A DNA stretch of 32,000 nt from a secondary endosymbiont of Trabutina mannipara. GTDB lineage: Bacteria > Pseudomonadota > Gammaproteobacteria > Enterobacterales > Enterobacteriaceae. A program made the translations under genes and the position numbers. Shown one piece after another: positions 20,180 through 30,343 of this stretch (position 1 is the stretch's first letter; each line of letters begins with the position of its first letter). Where the stretch lies: assembly GCF_900090215.1 (NCBI RefSeq), contig NZ_LT594522.1, positions 240,001 to 272,000 on the forward strand, written 5' to 3'. Below the pieces are notes generated by a model, which made no database searches, was not told the DNA's origin, and saw nothing but the letters and a program-made list of their open reading frames with translations.

Positions 20180-21130
20180 TTATTTATAATGGGCACGTAG
20201 ATACAGCAAACACTGACGCAAATGCTTATCTAACGGAGCTTCTATATGCAATATTTCACCGTTACCTGGATGAAAAAATCGCAGTGCAACTGCATGTAAA
20301 AATAATCTATGAAGACCACAACATCTTAGTTGCTGATCGAACGTACTATCACCATATCGTCTATCTAACGCAATAGGATGGCCTGCATATTGAGCATGTA
20401 CCCTAATCTGATGGGTACGTCCTGTTATCGGACTAGCTAATACTAGCGTTGCCAATTTAAATGGCTCTTTCACTTTAAAACGTGTTTCTGATGGTTTCCC
20501 TTTGCTTGTTACCCTAACAATACGCTCTCCTCTAGCAAGAGTCTTTTTAAAAAGAGGTTCTGCAACCTTTTTAAGGTGTAATTGCCACTGGCCTCGCACT
20601 AGAGCCAGATAATATTTTTGCATTTTCTTAGTACGTAACTGATCATGTAGTGCAATTAGAGCTGAACGTTTTTTAGCAACTAAAAGTACTCCAGACGTGT
20701 CTCGATCTAACCGATGAACTAATTCTAGAAAATGCGCCGATGGGCGCAGAGCACGCAATATTTCAATAACACCAAAATGGATACTACTTCCACCATGCAC
20801 AGCCGTGCCAGCTGGCTTGTTTAAAACAAGTAGATAATCATCTTCATAGATTACAGCGTCATTTAACGCAGCAAATTTATTACTATATGGTGACAGAGAT
20901 ACTTTATTTTTATATATAACTGGAGGAATGCGTACTTTATCATTATTTTTCAGTTTATATGCATGTTTTATCCTTTTTTTATTTACTCGTACTTCACCTT
21001 TACGCACGATGCGGTAAATCATACTTCTTGGCATACCTTTAAGATGCGTATGTAAAAAATTATCTATTCTCTGACCTGCTTCATCTTCTGAAATAGTGAT
21101 AAAATGTACAAATGTATTTTGTGTCTTCAT
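20180..21130 (-). CDS. rluC: 23S rRNA pseudouridine synthase RluC
   Basis: 316 aa. DEAGQRIDNFL...MIYRIVRKGEVRVNKKRIK...LVLNKPAGTAVHGGS...LELVHRLDRDTSGVLLVAKKRSAL...GRTHQIRVH is collinear with E. coli RluC and divergent from rne as in E. coli. Confidence 0.95.
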   Translation of the reverse strand: MKTQNTFVHFITISEDEAGQRIDNFLHTHLKGMPRSMIYRIVRKGEVRVNKKRIKHAYKLKNNDKVRIPPVIYKNKVSLSPYSNKFAALNDAVIYEDDYLLVLNKPAGTAVHGGSSIHFGVIEILRALRPSAHFLELVHRLDRDTSGVLLVAKKRSALIALHDQLRTKKMQKYYLALVRGQWQLHLKKVAEPLFKKTLARGERIVRVTSKGKPSETRFKVKEPFKLATLVLASPITGRTHQIRVHAQYAGHPIALDRRYGDSTFDQQLRCCGLHRLFLHAVALRFFHPGNGEILHIEAPLDKHLRQCLLYLRAHYK

Positions 21131-21403
21131 AAGATATTGTGCTACTTTTTATGTACTTAACTGTAAGTTATTATCAATAAATAAATTTTGCTTGCTATGT
21201 GCATTAGCAGTGGCATCATTTACTTTCAATAATTTTTTTTATATATAAATTTTAATTTTTTTTAGTCTAAACGTTGCAATGACGTCAGACAATGGTTATT
21301 CGAACATTTCGCTTGCTGCGGAATAATCTATTTTTGCACTTATAAGTTTTTTCCTTTTTTTACTGCAGCATGAATGCAAATCTAAAGTAGAAAAGAGTAT
21401 ACA

Positions 21404-23500
21404 ATGAAAAGAATGTTAATTAATGCAACTCAAAAGGAAGAGTTGCGTATAGCTCTAGTAGATGGACAAAGACTGTATGACCTAAATATTGAAAGTACCG
21501 GGCATGAGCAGAAAAAAGCAAACATCTATAAAGGTAAAATTACCCATATTGAACCCAGTTTAGAGGCAGTATTTGTTGATTATGGCGCCGAACGCCACGG
21601 TTTTCTTCCACTTAAAGAAATTTCTAGAGAGTATTTTTCTTCTTATGTAAAATCTAATATCAAGGATTTACTACAGAAAGGTCAGGAAGTTATCGTACAA
21701 GTAGATAAAGAAGAAAGAGGTAATAAAGGAGCAGCGCTAACTACTTTTATAAATTTAGCAGGTAGTTATCTGGTGCTTATGCCTAATACTCCACGAGCAG
21801 GCGGTATTTCGCGCCGTATCGAAGGCGAAAATCGTATTGAATTAAAAGCTGCTTTATCTTCATTGGAGCTACCAGATGGCATGAGTATTATTGTACGTAC
21901 TGCTGGCTTAGGAAAATCTGCAGCTGCTCTGCAGGGGGATCTAACTTTCCGTCTAAAACACTGGCAGGCTATAAAAAAGGCAGCTGAAGAACGTCCAGCT
22001 CCTTTCTTGATTCATCAAGAAAGTAATGTTATTGTTCGTGCTTTCCGTGATTATTTACGATCTGATATTGGTGAAATTTTAATCGATAATTCTAAAATTA
22101 TGGACCTAGCAATAGAGCATATTACATCACTGGGTCGTCCAGCTCTTATTAAGAAGATTAAACTATATAGCGGTGAAATTCCTCTATTCAGCTATTACAA
22201 AATTGAATCGCAGATTGAATCTGCATTTCAGCGTAAAGTACGATTGCCTTCTGGAGGCTCTATTGTTATAGATACTACCGAGGCTTTGACTGCAATTGAT
22301 ATAAACTCCTCTCGTTCAACAAGAGGAGTAGATATTGAAGAAACCGCTTTAAATACTAACCTTGAGGCAGCTGATGAAATTGCCAGACAGTTGCGACTAC
22401 GGGATTTAGGTGGTTTGATTGTTATTGATTTTATCGATATGGCGCTAGCTAGCCATCAGCGAGCGGTAGAAAATTGTCTACTAGAATTAGTTCTTCAGGA
22501 CCGTGCTCGTATTCAAATAGGACGTATCTCTAGTTTTGGTCTGCTAGAACTTTCACGTCAGCGTCTGAGTACATCACTAGGGGAATCAAGCCATCATGTT
22601 TGTCCACGGTGTGAAGGCACCGGTACTATACGTGACAACGAATCTCTTTCTCTTTCTATACTGCGCCTAATTGAAGAAGAAGCATTAAAAGATAATACAC
22701 AAGAAGTACACGCTATCGTACCTGTTCCTATTGCATCCTATTTACTAAATGAGAAACGCGGAGCAGTCAACGCAATCGAGAAACGCCATGGCGGTGTGCG
22801 GGCGATTATAGTTCCTAACGCTCAAATTCAAACTCCGCATTATGCGGTTTCACGGATCCGTAAGGGAGGAGAAAAAGCACCTACTTTAAGTTATTTAATT
22901 CCGCAGTTACATGAAGCAGATCTTCATGAAGAATCAGCTATACGCAAAAAATTAGAGCAGCCGGCACTAACGTCTTTTGTAATTACTGAAGATTTACCGC
23001 TAGTTAGTAAAAAAAATTCATATTATAAAAATACCGCAAGTGCATCTAGCAGCCTGTGGGGACGTATAGCAGCTAGTATAGCTGCTAGCTTAAAATATAT
23101 TCTTGGCACTATACAACAGCGTAAAAATAATAACGCTGAACTATTGATAGTAGAGACATCAGTTAATACGGAAACTCTGTGCAGTAAGGCGCGACAATAT
23201 CGACGCGATAAACGGCGGCATAGTAAAAATAATGAACTAACAAATGAACTAACATATAGAAATCATGATAGATATCAGCATCATAATTGCAAAACTTGCA
23301 GGCAGCTGAATTGTAAAATATGCATTAGCGATAAAAAAAATAATATGCATCGTTCACCACGTGACTTGCAATTGAGCGGCCAACGCCGTCGCCGTATATC
23401 TACGGTACCGATTACTAGTGCTGTTATGTCTCCAGAGATAACATCTGGAAAAGTTTGGATTAGTTATCCTGTTACCACTACTAATAAAAAAGAGGAGTAA
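21404..23500 (+). CDS. rne: Ribonuclease E with a shortened C-terminal scaffold (698 aa vs 1061 in E. coli)
   Basis: The N-terminal about 500 aa are collinear with the E. coli catalytic domain ([27 protein letters not shown]..., the Zn-link [12 protein letters not shown]). The C-terminal part keeps [19 protein letters not shown] (membrane-targeting helix-like), [16 protein letters not shown] (E. coli RSPRHLRVSGQRRRRY) and [15 protein letters not shown] (E. coli SPELASGKVWIRYPIV). It then stops 8 residues later. Confidence 0.95.
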   Translation: MKRMLINATQKEELRIALVDGQRLYDLNIESTGHEQKKANIYKGKITHIEPSLEAVFVDYGAERHGFLPLKEISREYFSSYVKSNIKDLLQKGQEVIVQVDKEERGNKGAALTTFINLAGSYLVLMPNTPRAGGISRRIEGENRIELKAALSSLELPDGMSIIVRTAGLGKSAAALQGDLTFRLKHWQAIKKAAEERPAPFLIHQESNVIVRAFRDYLRSDIGEILIDNSKIMDLAIEHITSLGRPALIKKIKLYSGEIPLFSYYKIESQIESAFQRKVRLPSGGSIVIDTTEALTAIDINSSRSTRGVDIEETALNTNLEAADEIARQLRLRDLGGLIVIDFIDMALASHQRAVENCLLELVLQDRARIQIGRISSFGLLELSRQRLSTSLGESSHHVCPRCEGTGTIRDNESLSLSILRLIEEEALKDNTQEVHAIVPVPIASYLLNEKRGAVNAIEKRHGGVRAIIVPNAQIQTPHYAVSRIRKGGEKAPTLSYLIPQLHEADLHEESAIRKKLEQPALTSFVITEDLPLVSKKNSYYKNTASASSSLWGRIAASIAASLKYILGTIQQRKNNNAELLIVETSVNTETLCSKARQYRRDKRRHSKNNELTNELTYRNHDRYQHHNCKTCRQLNCKICISDKKNNMHRSPRDLQLSGQRRRRISTVPITSAVMSPEITSGKVWISYPVTTTNKKEE
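23231..23254. repeat. Perfect in-frame 12-bp tandem duplication (aatgaactaaca x2 = NELT NELT) in the rne C-terminal region
   Basis: 23231..23242 equals 23243..23254, with mismatches immediately outside. It is codon-aligned with the rne frame. Confidence 0.9.
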
Positions 23501-23633
23501 TAAAGTTAATTAGCGTTTACTTAAACAGGCATCGCTGGGTTGGGACCTTATTTTTTTGTTATAAGATAATAATTTTTATCCTTATAAACAACATTTTGTT
23601 ATAAAATAAAAAATAAATTTTATTAACAACAAT

Positions 23634-24584
23634 ATGGCTCCAATTAAAGAAAAATCGTTAATTTTAGTTGATGGTTCTTATTATCTTTACCGTGCCTATA
23701 ATGCTCTTCCACCGTTAACTAATAGCTTAGGGGAACCTACATGGGTAATCTACGGCGTATTAAATATGCTTAAAAGCATATTATTGCAATACCGTCCTAA
23801 CTATTTTGCTGTAGTGTTTGACGCTAATGGTAATACATTCAGAAATGAATTATTTAATCGTTATAAATTACATAGACCGCCTATGCAACCTGATCTGTAC
23901 AATCAGATAGCACCTCTATATAATATGGTTAAAGCTATGGGATTACCACTGTTTGCTATCAGTGGCGTTGAGGCAGATGATGTTATTGGTACCTTAGCGC
24001 TTGCTGCAGCAAGTGACGGTATTAATGTACTAATAAGTACCGGAGATAAAGATATGGCTCAGCTAGTTTCTCCTAAAATAAAAATTATCAATACTATGTC
24101 GAATACTATTATAGGGCCTAAAGAGGTGCAGTTAAAGTTCGGTGTTCCACCCAGCCTTATCATTGATTATTTAACGCTGATAGGTGATAGCTCAGATAAT
24201 ATTTTGGGTGTTCCTGGAATAGGTAAAAAAACAGCATTGGCACTCTTACATAGAGTAGGAGGACTAGAAACTATTTATCAACAGCTAGACAACATCAAAA
24301 ATATAAGTTTTCGTGGTGCTAAAACTATAGCTACCAAGCTTAAGCAGTACCGCGATATTGTGTTTATTTATTACCAACTTGTTAAGATTAAAACCAATGT
24401 AGCACTAAATTTATCTTATGACCAACTAAAAGTTAAAAAAACTGAATACAAAGCTTTGATGCTATTGTTTCAGCGTTACGAATTTAAATATTGGATTAGA
24501 GACCTTGAAGAAAAAATGGTTGTACCATCGGTATTCCCACGTAGTGCCCCGTTAATTTTAAAAAAAAAGAAGACTAATAATTGA
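23634..24584 (+). CDS. polA: DNA polymerase I reduced to its 5'-3' exonuclease (FEN) domain, 316 aa
   Basis: LILVDGSYYLYRAYNALPPLTNSLGEPT..YGVLNMLKS...AVVFDANGNTFRNELF..YK.HRPPM...GVEADDVIGTLA...LISTGDKDMAQLV...LIGDSSDNILGVPGIGKKTA...SFRGAKT...YEFKYW is collinear with residues 1 to about 320 of E. coli PolA. The ORF ends (TGA 24582..24584) at the small-fragment/Klenow boundary. Confidence 0.93.
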   Translation: MAPIKEKSLILVDGSYYLYRAYNALPPLTNSLGEPTWVIYGVLNMLKSILLQYRPNYFAVVFDANGNTFRNELFNRYKLHRPPMQPDLYNQIAPLYNMVKAMGLPLFAISGVEADDVIGTLALAAASDGINVLISTGDKDMAQLVSPKIKIINTMSNTIIGPKEVQLKFGVPPSLIIDYLTLIGDSSDNILGVPGIGKKTALALLHRVGGLETIYQQLDNIKNISFRGAKTIATKLKQYRDIVFIYYQLVKIKTNVALNLSYDQLKVKKTEYKALMLLFQRYEFKYWIRDLEEKMVVPSVFPRSAPLILKKKKTNN

Positions 24585-24603
24585 CATTGTACATCTTCGT
24601 CCT

Positions 24604-24726
24604 GGTATTTTTGACCTTGTGATGCTGTTGATAGCGCAAATGCATAAATGCATATTAATAGAGTTTTAGAGTTTTTTTAGGTTAGATGTACCATGAGTAG
24701 GTTAAAATTTGGATAAAGCTCACTAC
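24604..24726 (+). pseudogene. polA: Fossil of the extreme C-terminus of the PolA polymerase domain
   Basis: In the +1 frame relative to the 5'-nuclease ORF, 24610..24726 reads FDLVMLLIAQMHKCILIEF*SFFRLDVP*VG*NLDKAHY. The E. coli PolA C-terminus is HDELVFEV...AKQIHQLMENCTRLDVPLLVEVGSGENWDQAH*. RLDVP is identical. G*NLDKAH differs from GENWDQAH by single-base changes (GAA to TAA, TGG to TTG, CAA to AAA), and the old stop is now TAC. The fossil abuts and overlaps the engB stop. Confidence 0.6.
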
Positions 24727-25349
24727 TTTTGTAATATAGTACATTTTATAGAAAACCATGTATTTAGTTTTTGTCGCAGTGTTTCAACTCCATGTTTTTT
24801 TATTGACGAGAATATTTCAATATGTATATCACCTTTAAACAAAGGTATTGTCATTTTACGAACCTTATTCAGCTGATCATTGCGTGCTTTGTAAGTTAGT
24901 TTATCGGACTTAGTGAGTAGGATGAGAATGGGTATATTTAAATTTTTAGCTAATATAATTATTTTTTGATCTAGATATTTCATTGGATGACGAATATCCA
25001 TTAAAACTACTAGTCCTTTAAGGTTATCGCGTCTTTGCAAATATTCACTAATAGTATGTTGCCATTGACGTTTTATATTTTCAGGAACTTTAGCGTAACC
25101 ATATCCTGGTAGATCTACTATACGAAGACCAGGTTCAACCTCAAAAAAGTTGATAAGCTGGGTGCGTCCTGGTGTTTTACTGGTTTTAGCTAGGCTTTTA
25201 TTACTAGTCAACGTATTAATAGCGCTAGATTTTCCTGAATTAGAACGTCCTACGAATGCTATTTCAATACCGTTATTTACCGGCAATAAGCGTATATTAG
25301 GGACGCTAAATAAAAAATAAGTACCTAGATAATTAAAGTATTTTTTCAA
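24723..25349 (-). CDS. engB: Ribosome biogenesis GTP-binding protein EngB (YihA)
   Basis: 208 aa. [42 protein letters not shown]...[12 protein letters not shown]...[11 protein letters not shown]...LLTKSDKL is collinear with E. coli EngB. The apparent start is TTG (25349..25347), and there is no in-frame ATG before residue 117. Confidence 0.94.
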   Translation of the reverse strand: MKKYFNYLGTYFLFSVPNIRLLPVNNGIEIAFVGRSNSGKSSAINTLTSNKSLAKTSKTPGRTQLINFFEVEPGLRIVDLPGYGYAKVPENIKRQWQHTISEYLQRRDNLKGLVVLMDIRHPMKYLDQKIIILAKNLNIPILILLTKSDKLTYKARNDQLNKVRKMTIPLFKGDIHIEIFSSIKKHGVETLRQKLNTWFSIKCTILQK

Positions 25350-25465
25350 ATTCTTTCGTCTCGTGTAAAAAAAGATAGTATAGTATAATAGCTATTATAT
25401 AGCTGTCTATGCTAGAATGCACGTTTACAATAACGCTTTATTCTTATGAGGTAAATAGCAAAATT

Positions 25466-27280
25466 GTGATTAAAAAATTGCGTAATATCGCCATCATCGC
25501 ACATGTTGATCATGGAAAAACTACTTTGGTTGACAAATTATTGCAACAATCAGGCACTATTAGTGAACGTAGTTCTACTCTAGAACGTGTAATGGACTAT
25601 AACTATTTGGAAAAAGAGCGTGGAATAACTATTTTTGCTAAAAATACGGCAATTAACTGGCGCGATTACCGCATCAACATCGTTGATACTCCTGGACATT
25701 CTGATTTTGGAGGTGAAGTTGAGCGTGTTATGTCGATGGTTGATTCAGTATTATTGCTGGTAGATGCTATAGATGGTCCAATGCCACAGACACGTTTTGT
25801 AACGCAGAAAGCATTTTTACATAGTTTAAAACCTATAGTAGTCATTAATAAAGTTGATAGACCAGGATCTCGTCCAGATTGGGTGGTAGATCAAGTATTT
25901 GATTTATTTGTTAACTTAGGTGCTACCAACGAACAACTTGATTTTCCTATAGTATATACGTCAGCGCTTAATGGTATTGCAGGTTTAGAACATGAAAACA
26001 TGTCTAATGATATGACTCCGTTATTTGAATCTATCGTAAAGAATGTAGATGCACCCCAAATTTACGCTAATGGTCTCTTTCAAATGCAAATTTCTCAGCT
26101 TGACTATAATAGCTACGTTGGTGTTATCGGTATCGGTCGCATAAAGCGCGGTTATGTAAAAAAAAACCAGCACGTTACTATATTAGATAAAGAGGGAAAA
26201 CGACGTAATGGAAAAGTAGGCAAAATATTAAGTTATATAGGATTACAGCGCATAGAAGTTAAAATAGCAGAAGCCGGTGATATTATAGCAATTACAGGAT
26301 TAGGAAAGTTAAATATTTCTGATACTATCTGTGATTCAGCTCAAATAGAAGCGCTACCTCCGTTAATTATTGATGAACCTACAGTATCTATGTCATTTGG
26401 AGTTAATACATCGCCTTTTTGCGGCAGAGAAGGTAAATATGTTACTTCAAGACAGATTAGAGATCGTTTGAATAAAGAACTAGTGCATAATGTGGCGCTA
26501 CGTGTAGAAGAAACAGATGATCCTGATACCTTCTGTGTTTCTGGACGCGGAGAGCTACATCTTTCAGTTCTTATTGAAAATATGCGTAGAGAGGGATTTG
26601 AAATCGCCGTTTCTCGTCCCAAAGTAATTTTTCGTACCGTAGATGGCGTTAAGCAGGAACCATTTGAATCGTTAATTTTAGACATAGAAGAGCAGCATCA
26701 AGGTCAGGTTATGGACTCTATAGGTGTCCGTAAAGGGGTAATATGTGATATGTTGCCTGATAGGAAAGGACGTGTTCGTTTAAATTATGTAATTCCAAGT
26801 AGGGGGCTGCTGGGGTTTCGCACTGATTTTCTAACCATGACTTCTGGTACTGGTTTATTGCACTCTACTTTCAGTCACTACGATAATGTCCTTACAGGAA
26901 AAATAGGTCAACGTAAGTATGGAGTGTTGATTTCTAACGGTCAAGGTAAAACAGTAGCTTACGCCTTATATGGTCTTCAGGATCGCGGTCGTCTTTTTTT
27001 AGGTCACGGTGTTGAAGTTTATAAAGGACAGATTATCGGTATTCATAACCGCTCTAATGATTTGACGGTAAACTGCTTAATGGGTAAAAAACTAACTAAT
27101 CTACGTGCTTCAGGTACAGATGAAGCTACTAATCTTATACCTCTTATTAAGATGTCTTTGGAGCAAGCAATAGAATTTGTTGATGATGATGAATTGGTTG
27201 AAGTAACTCCGCAATCTATACGCTTGCGTAAGCGTTATCTTACAGAAAATGAACGTAAGCGTGCACATAGATCAAATTGA
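25466..27280 (+). CDS. typA: Ribosome-associated translational GTPase BipA/TypA
   Basis: (M)[30 protein letters not shown]...[43 protein letters not shown]...VINKVDRPG...[18 protein letters not shown] is near-identical in layout to E. coli BipA ([20 protein letters not shown]). I place the start at GTG 25466. The track ATG (25409) would add 19 unconserved residues. Confidence 0.95.
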   Translation: MIKKLRNIAIIAHVDHGKTTLVDKLLQQSGTISERSSTLERVMDYNYLEKERGITIFAKNTAINWRDYRINIVDTPGHSDFGGEVERVMSMVDSVLLLVDAIDGPMPQTRFVTQKAFLHSLKPIVVINKVDRPGSRPDWVVDQVFDLFVNLGATNEQLDFPIVYTSALNGIAGLEHENMSNDMTPLFESIVKNVDAPQIYANGLFQMQISQLDYNSYVGVIGIGRIKRGYVKKNQHVTILDKEGKRRNGKVGKILSYIGLQRIEVKIAEAGDIIAITGLGKLNISDTICDSAQIEALPPLIIDEPTVSMSFGVNTSPFCGREGKYVTSRQIRDRLNKELVHNVALRVEETDDPDTFCVSGRGELHLSVLIENMRREGFEIAVSRPKVIFRTVDGVKQEPFESLILDIEEQHQGQVMDSIGVRKGVICDMLPDRKGRVRLNYVIPSRGLLGFRTDFLTMTSGTGLLHSTFSHYDNVLTGKIGQRKYGVLISNGQGKTVAYALYGLQDRGRLFLGHGVEVYKGQIIGIHNRSNDLTVNCLMGKKLTNLRASGTDEATNLIPLIKMSLEQAIEFVDDDELVEVTPQSIRLRKRYLTENERKRAHRSN

Positions 27281-27293
27281 TGGTGATGTTAAA

Positions 27294-27668
27294 TTACTCT
27301 GTTATTTTTTTATCACGATCAACAAATTCTATATATGCCATAGGAGCGTTATCTCCTGTACGAAAACCACATTTTAGAATTCTAGTATAACCACCAGCTC
27401 TAATCTTAAAACGAGGTCCCAGTTCATTAAACAATTTTGTTACAATTACATTATCTCTAATTCTAGAAAATGCAAGACGACGATTTGCAACACTGTCATT
27501 TTTAGCTATTGTAACTAGCGGTTCTACAAAGCGACGAAGCTCTTTTGCTTTGGGCAAAGTTGTCTTTATTATTTCATAATAAACTAAAGAACTAGCCATA
27601 TTACGAAACATAGCCTTAAGATGACTGCTATTACGGTTTAATTGACGACCAATCTTACGATGGTGCAT
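27294..27668 (-). CDS. rplQ: 50S ribosomal protein L17
   Basis: 124 aa. [49 protein letters not shown]...[22 protein letters not shown] matches E. coli L17. Confidence 0.97.
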   Translation of the reverse strand: MHHRKIGRQLNRNSSHLKAMFRNMASSLVYYEIIKTTLPKAKELRRFVEPLVTIAKNDSVANRRLAFSRIRDNVIVTKLFNELGPRFKIRAGGYTRILKCGFRTGDNAPMAYIEFVDRDKKITE

Positions 27669-27690
27669 TATTTTTTATCCATTTTATAAA

Positions 27691-28668
27691 TTAGTTGGAG
27701 GCCGGAGGCCAGTTATCAAGACACATTCCTAAAGATAATCCATGTAGAGCCAACACATCTTTAATTTCAGTAAGAGATTTTTTACCAAGATTAGGTGTTT
27801 TTAATAATTCAACTTCAGTACGCTGTACAAGATCACCTATATAGTGAATCGCCTCTGCTTTAAGACAATTAGCAGAACGTACCGTTAATTCTAAATCGTC
27901 AACAGGACGTAGCAGAATGGGATCAAAATCTGTTTTTTCTTCTTTAATTTCTTGATGACGTATATCACGTAAGTCTACAAAAGCTTCCAATTGTTCTGCT
28001 AAAATGGTTGCTGAACGACGAATTGCTTCTTCTGGATCAAGAGTACCGTTTGTTTCTATATCAATAACTAGTTTATCTAGATCAGTACGATGTTTTACTC
28101 TAGCTGCTTCTACATTATAAGAGATACGCTCTATAGGACTATAACATGCGTCTACCATAAGTAACCCGATGGGCTTGTACTCATCTTTATTAATTCTGGT
28201 AGAAGCTGGAACATAACCACGTCCCAATTGAATCTTTATTTGCATATTTATAGATGCATTTTTATCAGTTAAATGACATAAAATATGCTGTGGGTTAATA
28301 ATTTCGATATTACTATTGTAAGTAATATCAGCGGCTATTACTGGACCAATACCAGATTTATTTAAATTCAATATTACATCATTTTCACCGTTAACTTTTA
28401 CTGCTAAACATTTTAGATTAAGTAAAATTTCTAGTATGTCTTCCTGTACACCTTCTTTACTGCTGTACTCGTGTAGTACACCATCCATTTTAACCTCGGT
28501 AACGGCATAACCAGGTATTGATGAAAGTAAAATACGACGAAGTGCGTTACCTATAGTATGCCCAAAACCACGCTCTAAGGGCTCAAGTGTTACTTTAGCG
28601 TGCGTTGAACTTATTTTTTCGATATCTACTAGTCGCGGTTTTAGAAAATCTGTAACCGAATTCTGCAT
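27691..28668 (-). CDS. rpoA: DNA-directed RNA polymerase alpha subunit
   Basis: 325 aa. [49 protein letters not shown]...[69 protein letters not shown] matches E. coli RpoA. Confidence 0.98.
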   Translation of the reverse strand: MQNSVTDFLKPRLVDIEKISSTHAKVTLEPLERGFGHTIGNALRRILLSSIPGYAVTEVKMDGVLHEYSSKEGVQEDILEILLNLKCLAVKVNGENDVILNLNKSGIGPVIAADITYNSNIEIINPQHILCHLTDKNASINMQIKIQLGRGYVPASTRINKDEYKPIGLLMVDACYSPIERISYNVEAARVKHRTDLDKLVIDIETNGTLDPEEAIRRSATILAEQLEAFVDLRDIRHQEIKEEKTDFDPILLRPVDDLELTVRSANCLKAEAIHYIGDLVQRTEVELLKTPNLGKKSLTEIKDVLALHGLSLGMCLDNWPPASN

Positions 28669-28722
28669 TATTGTTATGTCCTCTTTTATAAATTTATTAA
28701 TAAAATAGCTCTATCCTTATCA

Positions 28723-28756
28723 TTAGAATAAAGCTCTATTTAGAATAAAGCTCTAC
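28723..28756. repeat. Near-perfect 17-bp tandem duplication (ttagaataaagctcta, 16/17) spanning the rpsD stop codon
   Basis: 28723..28738 equals 28740..28755 at period 17, with one mismatched position. The rpsD TAG (28738..28736) lies in the downstream copy. Confidence 0.85.
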
Positions 28757-29356
28757 GATAAGGTGTTCATTAATATCCGCTGATAGATCAGTACGTTCTG
28801 GATATTTTTTAAATATACCTTCCATTTTATCAAAATTAATTTCAATCCAGGTGGGTTTTTCACGTTGATTAGATAGTTCCAATGAAGCCATAATACGGGA
28901 TTGTTTTTTCGCTTTTTCATTTATACTTATAACATCATTTTTAGTAACCTGGTAAGAAGCGATATTTACAATCCTACCGTTTACTATAATTGCTTTATGG
29001 CTAACCAATTGACGCGACTCAGCACGAGTAGCACCAAATCCTATCCGATAAACAACATTATCAAGACGACTTTCTAGCAATTGCAACAGATTTTCACCAG
29101 TATTACCTTTTCTACGTACTGCTTCTTTATAGTAATTATGAAATTGACGTTCTAGTACGCCGTAAATACGACGCACTTTTTGTTTTTCACGTAACTGTAT
29201 ACCATAATCAGATAAACGTATTTTACGCGTGCCATGCTGACCTGGAATTTGTTCAATTTTGCACTTGGAATTAATTGCTTGAACACCAGATTTTAAGAAT
29301 AAATCTGTGTTCTCACGACGGCTAAGCTTAAGTTTAGGACCCAAATATCTTGCCAT
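28736..29356 (-). CDS. rpsD: 30S ribosomal protein S4
   Basis: 206 aa. [70 protein letters not shown]...[12 protein letters not shown] matches E. coli S4 full length. Confidence 0.98.
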   Translation of the reverse strand: MARYLGPKLKLSRRENTDLFLKSGVQAINSKCKIEQIPGQHGTRKIRLSDYGIQLREKQKVRRIYGVLERQFHNYYKEAVRRKGNTGENLLQLLESRLDNVVYRIGFGATRAESRQLVSHKAIIVNGRIVNIASYQVTKNDVISINEKAKKQSRIMASLELSNQREKPTWIEINFDKMEGIFKKYPERTDLSADINEHLIVELYSK

Positions 29357-29401
29357 TTTTTCTCCAATAATAGACGCTACTTAACTTAATAATTAACTCT
29401 T

Positions 29402-29791
29402 CTATACACGGCGCTTTTTTGGGGGACGACAACCGTTATGAGGAATTGGAGTAACATCAGTAATGTTAGTAATGTGGAAACCAGCTGCATTTAAAGCACG
29501 AATAGTAGATTCGCGACCTGGACCTGGACCTTTAATCATTACTTCAAGATTCTTAATACCATATTCTTTTACTGCTTCAGTACAACGTTCTGCTGCAACC
29601 TGTGAAGCAAAAGGAGTAGATTTCCTAGAACCTCGAAAACCTGAACAACCAGATGTTGCCCAACCTAATGTATTCCCCTGACGATCAGTAATAGTTATGA
29701 TAGTATTATTAAAAGACGCATATATATGCGCTATACCATCTAAAACTTGTTTTTTAATACGATTACGTGTCTTAGGAGGTATTTTATTCAT
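29402..29791 (-). CDS. rpsK: 30S ribosomal protein S11
   Basis: 129 aa. [98 protein letters not shown] matches E. coli S11. Confidence 0.98.
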   Translation of the reverse strand: MNKIPPKTRNRIKKQVLDGIAHIYASFNNTIITITDRQGNTLGWATSGCSGFRGSRKSTPFASQVAAERCTEAVKEYGIKNLEVMIKGPGPGRESTIRALNAAGFHITNITDVTPIPHNGCRPPKKRRV

Positions 29792-29800
29792 TTAATCACC

Positions 29801-30157
29801 TTATTTATTTACTTTTTTACGAGTACCTTTACAGGTACGAGCATTAGTCTTAGTACGCTGACCATGAACAGGAAGATTACGACGGTGACGTAAACCACGA
29901 TAAGTATTAAGATCTATAAGTCGCTTGATATTAATAGTTAATTCACGGCGAAGATCTCCTTCTACAACAAATTTAGCAACTGCGTCACGCAACTTTTCCA
30001 GTTGCTCTTCAGACAAATCATTAATCTTTATATTTTCAGCAATACCTGTAGCAGCACAAATATGTTTTGAACAAGATTTTCCAATACCGAAAATTGAAGT
30101 TAATGCAATAACAGTATGCTTATTATCAGGAATGTTAATGCCTGCTATACGTACCAT
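29801..30157 (-). CDS. rpsM: 30S ribosomal protein S13
   Basis: [28 protein letters not shown]...VVEGDLRRE....[32 protein letters not shown] matches E. coli S13. The track ORF starts 2 codons early at a GTG. The ATG at 30157..30155 is preceded by AGGAG at 5-nt spacing. Confidence 0.97.
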   Translation of the reverse strand: MVRIAGINIPDNKHTVIALTSIFGIGKSCSKHICAATGIAENIKINDLSEEQLEKLRDAVAKFVVEGDLRRELTINIKRLIDLNTYRGLRHRRNLPVHGQRTKTNARTCKGTRKKVNK

Positions 30158-30195
30158 GTGCACTCCTAAGTTAATATATTTCTTCTTTTTAATTG

Positions 30196-30312
30196 CTATC
30201 CTTGACGTTGCTTATGTTTAGGAGCAACACTGCAAATAACGCAAACAACACCGTTACGTTTAATTATTTTACAGTTATGACATATTTTTTTGACGGAAGC
30301 GCGAACTTTCAT
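30196..30312 (-). CDS. rpmJ: 50S ribosomal protein L36
   Basis: 38-codon ORF below the track cut-off. My translation is [38 protein letters not shown], against E. coli L36 [38 protein letters not shown]. It lies between secY and rpsM as expected. Confidence 0.95.
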   Translation of the reverse strand: MKVRASVKKICHNCKIIKRNGVVCVICSVAPKHKQRQG

Positions 30313-30343
30313 GTTACTCTCCGTAACTTCTTAAATTCAAGAA

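Noticed and set aside
23520-23566. A candidate terminator lies after rne, with a T7 run at about 23552..23558.
   Set aside because: The preceding sequence offers only 3-bp stems, which does not support an intrinsic terminator call.
25409-25465. The track gives typA an ATG-initiated 19-codon extension (MLECTFTITLYSYEVNSKI).
   Set aside because: The extension is unconserved and hydrophobic. E. coli BipA begins MIEKLRN, which corresponds exactly to the GTG at 25466. The longer form cannot be excluded without experimental data.
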